Positions 20,413 to 32,796 of a DNA stretch of 64,000 nt are shown here, piece after piece. Positions within the stretch are counted from its first letter, which is position 1; every line of letters begins with the position of its first letter. A program made the translations under genes and the position numbers. The notes beneath the pieces were generated by a model. That model was not told the DNA's origin and searched no databases. It saw only the letters and a program-made list of their open reading frames with translations. Source of the stretch: an uncultured Candidatus Rokubacteria bacterium. GTDB lineage: Bacteria; Methylomirabilota; Methylomirabilia; Rokubacteriales; CSP1-6. The stretch lies in NCBI GenBank assembly GCA_963758635.1, contig CAVWWD010000003.1, positions 1,018,292-1,082,291 on the forward strand, read 5' to 3'.

Positions 20413-21038
20413 CGTGGCGCGCTCCGATGGTGAGGCCGAGGGCCAGGTGGAGGACGCCGAAGCCGCCCACCAGGAGCCCGTCGCCCCACGCGGCGGGACC
20501 GAGCAGGGCCAGCGCGCCCAGCGCCATGAACCCGACGCCCGTGGCGGGCACCACGCGGACGGAGAACGCGCCGCCGGTGACGAGGCCGGCGCCGTAGAGG
20601 ACCAGCCAGGCGCCCGGCAGGAGGTCCCAGGCCCTGCCCGACCAGGACCAGGCTGAGCAGCGCGCCGGCCACGAGGGGCGGGGCCAGGCTCAGGGCGAAG
20701 CGCCGGCCCGGGCCGCCGAGCGGCGACTCCTCCGTCCGGCGGGCCTTCCACCACGTGGAGACGGCCGCGCCACCGCCACGGACACCGCCGCGAGCGCGAG
20801 CCAGACCATGAGCCAGCCTTCGCGCGTCGGCTGCCGTGCGGCGAGCCAGCCGCCGGGCACGGCAAGGGCGCCGATGGCGCGCCAGGCCCCAGCCCGAGAA
20901 GGCGGTGAAGGCCGACGCGCCCTCCATGGTCTGCGCGGATGTAGCGGAGGTCGGCGAGGGCCCGGTCGTGGAGGGCGGCGGGGGCTCCGCCAGCGCCTGC
21001 CGGACCGGCCCGCGCGGCATCGCCATGCGCTCCATCAC
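20405..21038 (-). CDS. Hypothetical integral membrane protein, frameshifted
   Basis: TMEGASAFTAFSGWG and RRFALSLAPPLVAGALLS, hydrophobic fragments. Overlaps the regulator start. Confidence 0.6.
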
Positions 21039-21060
21039 TAGCCGAGCGGGCCAGCGATCA

Positions 21061-21086
21061 TGTCAAGAACTTTGTGATAGCAGAGT
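21061..21086 (-). promoter_or_regulatory. TTGACA -35 box (21061-21066) next to operator-like ACTTTG-N6-CAGAGT
   Basis: Plus strand reads TGTCAAGAACTTTGTGATAGCAGAGT, upstream of the membrane-protein/HTH/uppS cassette. No clear -10 box at canonical spacing. Confidence 0.4.
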
Positions 21087-21123
21087 AAAGCGGAGTCGCG
21101 GCGTGAGCGATCTCTGTGCGAAC

Positions 21124-21985
21124 TCAGCCCTTCACCGCTCCCGCGGTCAGGCCGGACACGTAGTAATCGAGGAAGAAGACGTAGATGGCCACGATGGGGA
21201 CGGAGGCGAGCACGGCGCCGGCCATCAGGGAGCCCCAGTAGTAGATGTCGCCCCGGATCAGGTCGGCGGTGACGCCCACGACCGCCGTCTTGTTCTGGGT
21301 CTGGGAGATGAAGGTGAGCGCGTACGTGAACTCGTTCCAGGTGAGCGTGAAGCCGAAGAGGATGACGCAGACGATGCCCGGGATGGCCATGGGCAGCACG
21401 ATGCGGGTGAGCGTCTGCATGCGGCTGGCGCCGTCGACCAGCGCGCACTCCTCGACCTCGCGCGGGATCGTCCGGAAGTAGCCCATCAAGAGCCACGTCG
21501 AGAACGGCACCAGGAAGGTCGGGTAGGTCACGATCAGCGCCCAGATCGTGTCGGAGATCCCGAGCCACACCACCACCTGCGACAGCGGCAGGAACAGCAG
21601 CGTCGGTGGCACCAGGTAGGTGATGAACACGGCGGTGCCGAAGGAGTTCACGCCGGGGAACCGCAGCCGGGCCAGGCTGTAGCCGGCGAAGGTGGCGATG
21701 ACGAGCGAGATCGCCGTCGAGACCACGCTGATGATGAAGCTGTTCTTGATCCACGTCCAGAACTCGGTCTTGAAGAACAGGTAGTGGTAGTGCTCGGTCA
21801 CGACCCCGGTCTGGATGAGGAACGGCACCGCCTTGAGGTCGTAGAGCTCCGCGTCCTGCTTGAGCGACGTGATCACCATGAAGTAGAACGGGAACACCGC
21901 GAAGGCGACGAAGGGGATGATGTTCGTGTACCCCCACGCCGCCGACAGGGCCGTTCGCGCGCCGACTGCGGACCCCGACGTGCAC
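21124..21985 (-). CDS. Carbohydrate ABC permease (MalG-like)
   Basis: EEC-type EAA loop IPREVEECALVDGAS and WNEFTYA. Confidence 0.9.
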
Positions 21986-21987
21986 GG

Positions 21988-22925
21988 TCAGTCCTTGCGG
22001 ATGTAGCGCAGCTGGATGAAGACGACGGCGGCCAGCACGGGGAACAGGAAGAGCGAGATGGCCGCGCCCTGCCCGAGGTTGCCCCCCACCAGGCCCTGCT
22101 GGTAGGCGAGGGTGGCGAACAGATGCGTGGTGTTGACGGGGCCGACCGCGCGTGAGCACCTGGACGATGTTGAAGTCGGCGAACGTGAAGATCGTGGAGA
22201 ACAGGATCACCACCGCGAGCACCGGCTTGAGGAGCGGGACGGTCACGCGCCAGAACCGGCCCCACGCGCCGGCGCCGTCCACCTCCGCCGCCTCGTAGTA
22301 CTCGCGCGGGATCGAGACCAGCCCGGCGAGGACGACGATGGCGAAGAACGGCAGCCCCCGCCAGACGTTGACGGCGATGATCGCGACCATCGCGTACTCC
22401 GTCATGCCGAGCCAGTTGGGCCCGGGGGCGGTGATGAGGCCGAGCCGGATGCCCGTCCAGTTCACGACGCTGTAGAGCGAGTCGAACATCCACCACCACG
22501 CGAGCATGGACAGCGCCGTGGGCAGCACCCACGGCAGGAGGACCGCGCCCGGATGAGGCGCTTGAACTTGAAGTTGCGGTGGAGCAGCATCGCCAGCCAC
22601 ACGCCGAGCACGGTCTTGAGGACCACCGCCCAGAAGGTGAAGAAGAACGAGTTCCAGACCGTGCGCTGGAACACCTCGCACCGGAGCACGTCCTGGAAGT
22701 TCTTGAGGCCGATGAACTCACCGGGAGAGCCCACCCAGTAGTCCGACAGGCTGAAGTAGATGGCCATGCCGAACGGATAGGCGACGAGGCACACGATGAG
22801 CAGGAGCGCGGGGAGGATCAGGCCGTAGCCGAAGACCTCCTCGCGCTCCCACCAATCGCGCAGGCGCGCGAGACCGCCGGGGAGGGCACCCCGGCGGCCT
22901 CGAGCGCGCGCGGCCCGACGGCCAT
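21988..22925 (-). CDS. Carbohydrate ABC permease (MalF-like), frameshifted
   Basis: WRGLPFFAIVVLAGLVSIPREYYEAAEVDGA. Confidence 0.88.
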
Positions 22926-22928
22926 GAG

Positions 22929-24246
22929 CTAGGCCTTGCCCTTTGTTTCGAGCTTGCCCTGCGTGGCGAGCTTGATCTGGTCTTCCGCCCAGGCCATGGC
23001 GCGCTTGGTCGGCATGCCGCTGATGGCCTTGGCGAGCATGTCGGGCAGCACGTAGTTGATGTCGATCGAGCTGGACGGCGGCGTTGGGCTTGGCCGGCCA
23101 GCCGGGGCGTGCGCGTGCTCGGCCTCCGCCGGCAGCATGGCGAACTTCGGGTTCTTCGCCCAGATCGGGTGATCGGCGAAGTGCCGGAGCGGCGGGTGGT
23201 TGAACGCGTTGGCCGATACGATCCACGCGTCGAAGTTTTCCTTCTGGAAGAGGTACTTGATGAAGTCCTTGGCGAGCTGGTGGTTCTTGGAGAACTTCCA
23301 GATGCCGATGGCGTTGATGGGCGGCGCCGAGTGCGCGCCCGCCGGACCCTTTGGGCTCGGATGGTGATTGATCTCGTCGGCGATCGGCATCTTCTTGGCG
23401 AGCGCCGCGTTGTACGGGCTGATGGGGTTGTGGATCCACGACCCCTTGCCGGACAGGATGAAGCGATTGTTGGAGGCGTCGTCCCAGGAGAGCACCTCCG
23501 GCTCCATCGCGTCCTTGTACAGCTCCTTGTACCACTCGATCACCTGCGCGGTCTTGTCGGTGTTGATGGCGGAGGTCTTGCCGTCGGCTTCCAGCACCTT
23601 GCCGCCGTAGCACCAGTTGACCGCCCAGAACGTCGTGTTCGCGTCGGCGCAGTGGCTGATGGGGATGCCCACGGGATTGCCCTGCTTCTTGAGGACCTTG
23701 CCGTGCTTGAGCAGCTCGTCCCACGTCTTCGGGTACTGCCAGCCCGGCCTTCTTGAAGTGGACCTCGTTGTACGTCGCCGGGAAGGAGATCCAGAACCAC
23801 GGGACGGCCTTCCAGCCCGAGGGTGTCCGCGCGACCTCCTCCGAGAAGGGATACCATCCGCCGTACTTCTTGCCGAGCTCGTCGATGATGTCGCCCACGT
23901 CCACGAGGTTTTGCTCGAAGAGGAACGGGTAGGACCCGCCGGCGAGGATCATGTCGTGCCCGGACTGGGACTGGACCTCCGCGGCGTACTTGGCGGGCAG
24001 CTGCAGGTGGGCGATCGTGTCCACCCGCACGGTGACGCCGGCCTTCTTGCTGAACTCCTCGGCCTGCCGGCGGAGCTCGTCGTCGGCGGCGGGCACGAAG
24101 TGGTTCCAGGACAGGAAGGTCAGCTCTCGCTTCTGGGCGAAGGCGGGCGGCTTGCCAAGGGCCAGCCAGGAGGCCATCCCGGCCCCGGTGGCGGCGGTGG
24201 CGGTCAGGAATCGGCGTCGATCGGTGCGGGCTGTCGGTCGCTCCAT
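22929..24246 (-). CDS. Extracellular solute-binding protein with Tat signal, frameshifted
   Basis: DRRRFL Tat motif, WNHFVPAADDE, SWDDASNNR. Confidence 0.88.
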
Positions 24247-24380
24247 AGAGAACCTCCATTCGTTCGTTGAAGGGTATCTCCGGCGTACGCGAGCGAGCGA
24301 ACCTGATGCGGGGCGTCAGCCTTCTACGGCGTCGTCTCCTTCCTGGGCCCGTGGCGCAGGGCGGTCAAGGCAGGGACGGC

Positions 24381-25485
<1,105 letters not shown>

Positions 25486-25576
25486 GGCGACCTCGCTGTC
25501 TCGTTGAAGTTTCGCCCCCGCGGAGGATCCCCGGAAGGGCGGCCAGATACTAGCACACTCGCCGCGGGTCGGGCGC

Positions 25577-26453
25577 CTACCCCTTCACGGAGCCCGTGAG
25601 CCCGGCCACGTAGTACTCGACGAAGAACGAGTACATGAGGGCGATGGGCACCGAGCCGAGCAGCGCCCCCGCCATGAGCGGCCCCCAGTAGAAGACGTCG
25701 CCCCGGATCAGCTCGGACACCACGCCCACCGGCACCGTCTTCTGCTGGGGCGAGGAGAGGAACACGAGCGCGTACAGGAACTCGTTCCACGACAGCGTGA
25801 AGGCGAAGATCCCCGCGGAGAGGATCCCCGGCGTGGCGATGGGGAAGATCACCTGGACCATGGCGCGGATCCGCGTGGCCCCGTCGATGCGGGCGCACTC
25901 CTCGAGCTCGCGCGGGATGGTCTTGAAGTACCCCATGAGGAGCCACGTGCAGAACGGGATCAGGAACGTCGGGTACGTGAGGATGAGCGACCACGCGCTG
26001 TCGCCCAGCCTGAAGTTCCGGATGATGTCGGCGAGGGGGATGAAGAGCAGGGTGGGCGGCACGAGGTACGTCACGAAGATGCTGGTGCCGAGGCCCCCCG
26101 CCATCGGGAACTTGAGGCGGGCGAGGGCGTAGCCGGCGAGGAGCCCGCAGAACAGCGAGATCAGCGTGGAGACGAGGGCGATGAACATCGTGTTCCACAG
26201 CCACGTGGCGAACATCGTCTGGCCGAACAGGTTCTGGACGTGCTCGAGCGTGGGGTTCGTCGTCCAGAAGGGCGTGTTGTTGGCGGCGCGCCACGGCCGG
26301 TAGAGCTCCCCGTCGGGACGGAAGGCGGTGACGAGCATCCAGTAGAAGGGGAACAGGGTTCCGACGATGAAGAACGCGCATGGGCACGTAGAAGTACACC
26401 CAGCGGCGCCACAGGGCCCCTTCGACCATGCTCGAGCCCGCGCGCTCCGCCAT
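25577..26453 (-). CDS. Carbohydrate ABC permease (MalG-like), 5' frameshift
   Basis: [21 protein letters not shown]. Confidence 0.9.
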
Positions 26454-27430
26454 CAGCGTCCCTCGACCCGCCGGATGTACCAGAGCTGGATGACCACGAT
26501 CACGAAGAGCAGCGGGAACATGGCGAGCGACGCCGCCGCGCCCTCGCCGAGGAGGCCGGTGATGATCCCGATCTGGTACGCGTAGGTGGCGAACAGGTGC
26601 GTGGAGTTGGCGGGGCCGCCGCCGGTCAGCACGTACACGAGCTGGAAGTCGGCGAAGGTCTGGATCACGGAGAAGAGCGTCACCACCATGGTCACGGGCA
26701 GCAGCAGCGGCCACGTGATCCGCCAGAAGCGCTGCCACGCCGTGGCGCCGTCGATGGCCGCCGCCTCGTGGAGCTCGGGATTCACGGTCTGCAGCCCGGC
26801 GAGGAGCGAGATGGCGTAGAACGGCATGCCGCGCCACACGTTCACCGCGATGACCGAGAGAAGGGCCAGGGTCGGATCGGTCAGCCAGCCGACGCGGACC
26901 TGGATGAGCCCGAGCTGGTAGAGCGTCCAGTTGAGCACGCTGAACGTGGGATCGAACATCCACTTCCAGGCGAAGGTCGAGAGCACGGTGGGGACGATGA
27001 AGGGCAGCAGCATGGCCGCCCGGACCAGCCGCTTGCCGCGGAAGTGGCGGTTCAGCAGGATGGCCAGCCACATGCCGAGGGCGAGCTTGGCCACGGTGGC
27101 GATGCCGGTGTAGACGAACGTGTTGTACGCCGCGCGCTGGAAGATCGAGTCGTTCCAGATCTTGACGAAGTTCTTGAACAGGACGAACTCGCCGACCTGG
27201 CCCACCGACGCGCTCGTCAGCGAGATCCAGATGCCCTTGACGAACGGATACGCGATGAACAGCGTGAGCAGGATGACGGTGGGGAGCAGGAGCAGGACGC
27301 CGAGGACGCGCTCGTCCTCGAGGAGCCGGTGCACCAGGCTCCCGCGCGCCTGGGCGCGGGGCACGGTGGCGAGGCGGGCCGCGACCTGGCCCGCCTCCCC
27401 CGCGCCGCCCCTGATCGGGTTCACCGCCAT
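26453..27430 (-). CDS. Carbohydrate ABC permease (MalF-like)
   Basis: WRGMPFYAISLLAGLQTVNPELHEAAAIDGA. Confidence 0.9.
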   Translation of the reverse strand: MAVNPIRGGAGEAGQVAARLATVPRAQARGSLVHRLLEDERVLGVLLLLPTVILLTLFIAYPFVKGIWISLTSASVGQVGEFVLFKNFVKIWNDSIFQRAAYNTFVYTGIATVAKLALGMWLAILLNRHFRGKRLVRAAMLLPFIVPTVLSTFAWKWMFDPTFSVLNWTLYQLGLIQVRVGWLTDPTLALLSVIAVNVWRGMPFYAISLLAGLQTVNPELHEAAAIDGATAWQRFWRITWPLLLPVTMVVTLFSVIQTFADFQLVYVLTGGGPANSTHLFATYAYQIGIITGLLGEGAAASLAMFPLLFVIVVIQLWYIRRVEGR

Positions 27431-27440
27431 CGGCGGATCA

Positions 27441-27541
27441 GAGATCGTGGATGGATGGCGAGAGGGCGCGCCGCGAGTCCGCGGAATCGCGGTGTTGAGC
27501 CCGCTCGCTGAAGCCGAAAGCCGCATCCGGTCACAAGCCTC
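27441..27541 (+). repeat. Repeat family C copy
   Basis: GAGATCGTGGATGGATGGCGAGA...GCGGAATCGCGGTGTTGAGCCCGCTCGCTGA...TCACAAGCCTC. Confidence 0.75.
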
Positions 27542-28886
27542 TAGACGTAGATCTTCTTCAGCTCGGTCTCCGCCCAGGCTCACGGCCTCTTCCGGCTTCA
27601 TGCCCTGGATGGCCTTCGCGAACAGGTCCACGATGATGTACTTCGAGTAGACCTCGGTGGCCTTGGCCGACGGCGGGCCCGCGAAGCCGAAGAACCGGAA
27701 CGAGAGCGCCGACGTCTTGTACGGCAGCATGACCGGGTCCTGGTCCCACATCTTGTGCTTCTGCCAGGCGTTCGTCGCGCCCACGCTGAAGCCGCGCTGG
27801 GGCACGAACCACGGCCTCGTAGTTCTCCGTCTTGTGGATGAAGCGGATGAGGTCCTTGGCGAGCTTCTGGTTCTTGCCGTAGCCCATCACCGCGTGGTGG
27901 AAGCCCGCGTGGTAGTGGAAGCGTCCGGCGGGGCCGGCGGGCATCGGCGCGTGCTGGATGTCCGTGTGCATCAGCGCGCCCTTGTCCGTCTTGTACTTGT
28001 CCTTGTTGCGAAGGGACTCGACGTAGATCGACGCGCCGTTCAGCGTGGCCGAGATGGTCCCGGACAGGAACGCGCGGTTGTTGTTGCTGTCGTCCCAGGC
28101 GAGCCCGCCCTCGTCGCAGGCCTCCTTCCAGAAGGCCACGGCGAACTTCACCGCCTCCAGCGTCTCCTTGGAGTTGATCGCGACCTTGCCGTCCTTCGTG
28201 AGCTCCTGCCCGCCCCACGACCAGAGGAAGGCGTACCAGAAGCCGGGCGCGTCGCCGAAGGTGTGGCCGGCGGTCTGCCCGACGGGAAAGCCCTTGGCCT
28301 TGAGCTTCTTGCCGACCTCACGGTACTCCTGCCACGTCTTCGGGAACTCCTTCGCGCCGACTTCGTCGAAGAGCGACTTCCGGTATGCGATCTGGCCGGG
28401 CACGATCGTATGAGGCACGGCCCGCCACGTGGTGCCGACCTTGCACGCGGCCTGGCACGCCTCGTAGTAGCCGCCCTCCGCCTTGCCGATTGGCTCCGCC
28501 ACGTCGCCCACGTCCACGAGGCTCGTCGCGTAGAGGTGCGGCCAGTTGTGGAGCATGTGGATGATGTCGGGCCCGGTGCCGGACTGGATGGCCGCGGTGA
28601 TGCGGGGCTGGAGATCGTTGGCGTTGATGCGCTCGAGGGTGATCTGGGCGCCCAGCGCCTTGTTCGCGTCGGTCACGATCTTGGCCAGCGCCTCGTCGGC
28701 GGCGGGCACGAAGTCGTTCCAGCGCAGGAGGTGGAGCTTCGTGCCCTGCGCGTACGCCGGAGCCCGGCGCGATCCGAGGATGCCCTCGATGCCCGCCGCC
28801 GCTCCCGCCGCGCCGGCCGCCTTGATGAAGGTCCGGCGATCGACGGCGCTCGGGGCGACGGCGTCCTGCTGCTTCGGCGTGTCCAT
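27541..28886 (-). CDS. Extracellular solute-binding protein with Tat signal, 3' frameshifts
   Basis: DRRTFIK, RWNDFVPAAD, AWDDSNNNRAF. Confidence 0.88.
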
Positions 28887-29228
28887 GGTCACAGTCCTCC
28901 TTGACGTGATGGGTGGCTTCGCATTCCGAACCGGGCCGGGGCGGGGCTTGTTCCCGGGCACGTGCGCGCGCGGGCTACCGATGGCGCGGCCGGGGAAGGA
29001 GCCGCCGCCGGCGTCACTCGCTGGAGATCATCACAACCTCGGGAAATCTTGAGGGTTCCTTCCGGTGAGACGTGGCGCATTGTTGACCGGAAGTGGCGGA
29101 CCTGTCAACGGGAAAACGGGACGCCGGCCCGCGGGCCGCGCTCACGTGGACGCTGGCGAATCGCGACGGTCCTGGCATACTCTGGTGCGCCGTGAGCCCG
29201 CTGTGACGAGAAGGAGAGGGAGAAGCCC

Positions 29229-30174
29229 ATGGAAGCGACCGCCGTCGTGACCACGCGCGCCGCCGGGCGGCCGGCGGCGCCGGCCCGCGCGCTCGCCCGG
29301 CGCCGGCGGGAGGTGCGGCTCGCGTACCTCCTGCTGGCGCCGACGGTGATCCTGCTCGCCGGCGCCCTCGGCTATCCCCTGGGCTGGGAGATCTGGACCA
29401 GCTTCACCAGCCTGTCGCCGCTGCAGGCCGGCGCCACCGCGTTCGTCGGCCTCGACAACTACCGGAGCCAGTTCGCGGACGCCGAGTTCTGGCGCGCCGC
29501 CGTCGTCACCCTCGTCTACAGTGCGGTGACGAGCGTGGCCAAGCTCGTCATCGGCCTCGGCTTCGCGCTCCTGCTCGCCCGCCCCTTCCGCGGCCGCGCG
29601 CTCGTGTTCCTCGCCATCTTCCTGCCGTGGGCGTACCCCGCGAGCGTCAGCGTGATCGGCTGGTTCTGGACGCTTGAACCCGCCCATCACCACCTCGTAC
29701 GCCGTCTTCATGGGCACGATCAAGTACTCGGTGGACTCGACGTTCGGAGGCGGGGCATGGGCCTTCACGAGCGTGACGCTGTTCAACATCTGGCGGGGCA
29801 GCTCGTTCATCGGCGTCCTGCTCCTCGCCGGCATCAACGCCATCCCGCCCGAGCTGTTCGAGTACGCCACGCTCGAGTCGCGGAGCGCCTGGCGGCGGTT
29901 CTGGCTGGTGACCGTCCCGCTCCTCAAGCCCTTCCTCGCCCTCGCCGTGTTCCTCTCCCTCACGAGCGCCTTCACGGACCTCGCCAACGTGTGGATGCTC
30001 ACGGCGGGGCGCATCGTGTTCCCGGTCATCGGCACCCACGCCTACTTCCTCGCCATCAAGGGCGGGATGTTCGGGCCGGCCTCCGCGCTGTCCCTCATGC
30101 TCGTGCCGTTCCTCCTCGTCGTCCTCGTGATCCTGTTCCGGCTGTTCGATCCGCCGGAGGAGGTGGAGGCGTGA
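29229..30174 (+). CDS. Carbohydrate ABC permease (MalF-like, divergent), frameshifted
   Basis: YLLLAPT, FVGLDNY, WRGSSFIGVLLLAGINAIPPELFEYA. Confidence 0.8.
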
Positions 30175-31043
30175 ACCCGCGGAGCTGGCGGGCCCGGCTC
30201 GGCCACCGGGCGCTGGTGGTCATCGCCCTCGTGTACTGCCTGTTCCCCATCTACTTCATGCTCGTGCAGTCGCTGAAGACCGCGCAGGAGGACGTGTTCG
30301 GGTACCCGCTCATCGTGATGAACCCGACCTTCGAGAACTTCGAGGAGCTGTTCACTCAGCGGGGCGAGCCGAGGGGCTTCGTGGGCAGCGCGCTGCGCCG
30401 GTCGTATCCGTTCTTCATCTGGCTGGAGAACACGGTGGTGGTCTTCACGGGCACGCTCGTGCTCACGCTCGCGGCGAGCGTGGCCGCGGGGTACGCGATC
30501 GGCCGCCTGCGCCCGCCCGGCTATCGCTGGTGGCGGCGCGTCATCTTCGCGACGTACGTCATCCCGCAGACCATCCTGTTCGTCCCGCTGTACCAGGTCG
30601 TGCACGCGATCGGGCTGGACGACAGCCTCCTCGCCCTCGTGCTGATCTACCCCACGATGGCCTTGCCCTTCTGCGTGTGGATGCTGTCGGCGTACTTCCA
30701 GCACCTGCCGCGCGAGGTCGAGGAGGCCGCGTTCATCGAGGGGGCGAGCCGCGCCACCGCCTTTTTCCGGATCGTCCTGCCGCTCAGCCGGCCCGTGGTG
30801 GTGGCCGCCGGCATCTTCACCCTGGGCACGATCGCGAGCGACTTCATGCTCGCGTCGATCTTCCTCCTGAGCGACATCAACCAGACCATCCCCGCCGGCC
30901 TCGGCACCATGGAGGTGGCCCTCGACGAGCTGCTCGCCGTGGCCGGCATCAACCTGATGGCGCTTCCCGTGGTGGTGATCTCCGCGTTCTTCGCGCGGGG
31001 CTACGTGCGTGGGCTCACCGCGGCCATGCTCGAGGGCTCCTGA
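30171..31043 (+). CDS. Carbohydrate ABC permease (MalG-like)
   Basis: LPREVEEAAFIEGAS. GTGA overlap with the upstream gene. Confidence 0.85.
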   Translation: MNPRSWRARLGHRALVVIALVYCLFPIYFMLVQSLKTAQEDVFGYPLIVMNPTFENFEELFTQRGEPRGFVGSALRRSYPFFIWLENTVVVFTGTLVLTLAASVAAGYAIGRLRPPGYRWWRRVIFATYVIPQTILFVPLYQVVHAIGLDDSLLALVLIYPTMALPFCVWMLSAYFQHLPREVEEAAFIEGASRATAFFRIVLPLSRPVVVAAGIFTLGTIASDFMLASIFLLSDINQTIPAGLGTMEVALDELLAVAGINLMALPVVVISAFFARGYVRGLTAAMLEGS

Positions 31044-31048
31044 GGCAA

Positions 31049-31125
31049 TGAGCCCCGCGTATCAGACTGATGCCGAGCGGTGGGACTGTAGAGGCCCGTG
31101 GCGTTACCGGATGCTGCGCGGGTCA
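31049..31125 (+). repeat. Repeat family B copy
   Basis: TGAGCCCCGCGTATCAGACTGATGCCGAGCGGTGGGACTGTAGAGGCCCGTGGCGTTACCG. Confidence 0.85.
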
Positions 31126-31130
31126 CTCGC

Positions 31131-32126
31131 TCAGGGGGCGGGGACGATGCGGATGATGCGGTGGAGGGCGCCCTCGGCGACGTAGAGAAGCCCGGCGGCG
31201 TCGACGGCGATGCCGCCCGGGTCTCCCAGCTCGCGCGCCACCGTCGTGACGACGCCCGCCGGCGTGACCCGGTAGAGACGGCGGATGTGGAACCCGCTGT
31301 TCACGTACACGCTGCCGTCGGGGCCCACGGTCATGTGCGTCCGGTGGTAGTGCCCGGACGGCAGGCGGACCCGGCGCCGCGCCACGCCGTCGGACCCCAG
31401 CACGAGGATCTCGCCCACGGAGGTCAGGAAGACCAGGGCGCCGTCCGGCGCCACGGCCACCGACACGAAGCGGAACAGCGGCTCGATCCCCATGCGCCGC
31501 GCCGGAGCGCGCGGGAAGATCGGCGAGACGAGGTCCAGCCGCCGCGGCAGGGCCAGGTCGTCGCGTGGGTCGAGGCGGATCACGATGGGCCCGTGGTAGG
31601 CCTCGCCGGCCAGCCATTCGAGGCCCGGCGGCGGAGGGCGTTCGGAGCGGAGCTGCGCGTCGGGGCTGGCGTAGTCGATGGCCACGAGGCGTCCGGCCGG
31701 GTCGAAGGCGAGCGCGGAGCCCCCGACGAGATGGTTGAGGCCGGCGCCGAACAGCGTCAGCTTCGCGGGCGGGGTCAGACGGTACACGCGGTTTCCGTTC
31801 TCCTCGCCGAGGAAGAGGTCGCCGGACAGGGGGTCGATGGCGAAGCTCCCGAAGGCGACCTTCCGGGGCTCCTCGAACGGCACCACCACGCGTGGGACGC
31901 GGGAAGCGTCGATGGGCAGCCCGCGCGGATCGAGCCGGACGATCTCGGCGGCGGCGTCTCCACGCCAGCCGTGGCTCAGGACGACGATCCGTCCCGCCAC
32001 GTCCACGTCCAGGTGCACCGGCCGCGGGAGGCCGGTGGCCACCACCTCGACCCGGAACCCGGAGGCCACCTCGACCTCCGCGCCGGCCGCCGCGGCGGCG
32101 AGCGCCAGCGTGACGCCCAGCGCCAC
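31131..32126 (-). CDS. Secreted NHL/beta-propeller protein (start uncertain)
   Basis: Signal peptide, VATGLPRP, ALAFDPAG, PGGIAVDAAGLLYVAE. Confidence 0.7.
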   Translation of the reverse strand: MALGVTLALAAAAAGAEVEVASGFRVEVVATGLPRPVHLDVDVAGRIVVLSHGWRGDAAAEIVRLDPRGLPIDASRVPRVVVPFEEPRKVAFGSFAIDPLSGDLFLGEENGNRVYRLTPPAKLTLFGAGLNHLVGGSALAFDPAGRLVAIDYASPDAQLRSERPPPPGLEWLAGEAYHGPIVIRLDPRDDLALPRRLDLVSPIFPRAPARRMGIEPLFRFVSVAVAPDGALVFLTSVGEILVLGSDGVARRRVRLPSGHYHRTHMTVGPDGSVYVNSGFHIRRLYRVTPAGVVTTVARELGDPGGIAVDAAGLLYVAEGALHRIIRIVPAP

Positions 32127-32300
32127 GACCGCGGCCCGACAGCCGCTCGGGACGAAGCTCGACCTTGACAGGCGAAACCGCCGGATGCTAGTCTCCGGCC
32201 GCCGAAATCGCCCGCCGAGCGGCGGCGGCGGTCCGCCGGCTGAGCGTCGCGCTCCCGGGGTCTCCTCGATCACCGCGATCACTGCACGGGAGGTGCACCG

Positions 32301-32750
32301 ATGACTGTCAGACTGATGGCTCCGATCCTCGTCGCGCTCCTCGCCGGCCTCGTCCCGGCGCCGGCTCTCGCCCAGGACGCGAAGAAGCCCCAGGGGATCA
32401 CGACGCGCAATCTCGTCACGTCGCTGGGCGGCTTCAGCGCGACGGTGTCGGCCCCGGTGTTCCTCAACGGCGCCACGGTCGAGCTCGCGCCGAACGGGCA
32501 GACGGGGCGTCAGCAGTTCCGGGTGCCCACGTACATCTACGTCATCGAGGGCATCCTCACCACCGAGTACGAGGCGGGGCCCGTGGGCATCATGGGCGCG
32601 CAGTACCACGCGGCGGGTCAGTCGTTCATGGACAACGGGGGTTGGTGGCACAATCACGTCAACCGCGGGGCCAAGCCGGTGAAGTACCTGATGCTTCACG
32701 TCGGCTACCCCGGCCGGCCCGATCCGATCCTGAAGCCCGAAGCCGAGTAG
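32301..32750 (+). CDS. Exported cupin-domain protein
   Basis: RBS GGAGG, signal peptide, YIYVIEG, WWHNHVNRG. Confidence 0.75.
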   Translation: MTVRLMAPILVALLAGLVPAPALAQDAKKPQGITTRNLVTSLGGFSATVSAPVFLNGATVELAPNGQTGRQQFRVPTYIYVIEGILTTEYEAGPVGIMGAQYHAAGQSFMDNGGWWHNHVNRGAKPVKYLMLHVGYPGRPDPILKPEAE

Positions 32751-32756
32751 GCGTCA

Positions 32757-32795
32757 CGCCCGGCGCGGCCCCCGCACACCAGGCCGCGCCGGGCG
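32757..32795. terminator. 14-bp GC hairpin between convergent genes
   Basis: CGCCCGGCGCGGCC / GGCCGCGCCGGGCG. Confidence 0.55.
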
Positions 32796-32796
32796 C

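Noticed and set aside
29229..31043. Fused MalF-MalG permease (604 aa)
   Set aside because: A frameshift near 29680 links two separate genes; the true MalF C-terminus is in ORF 29674-30174.
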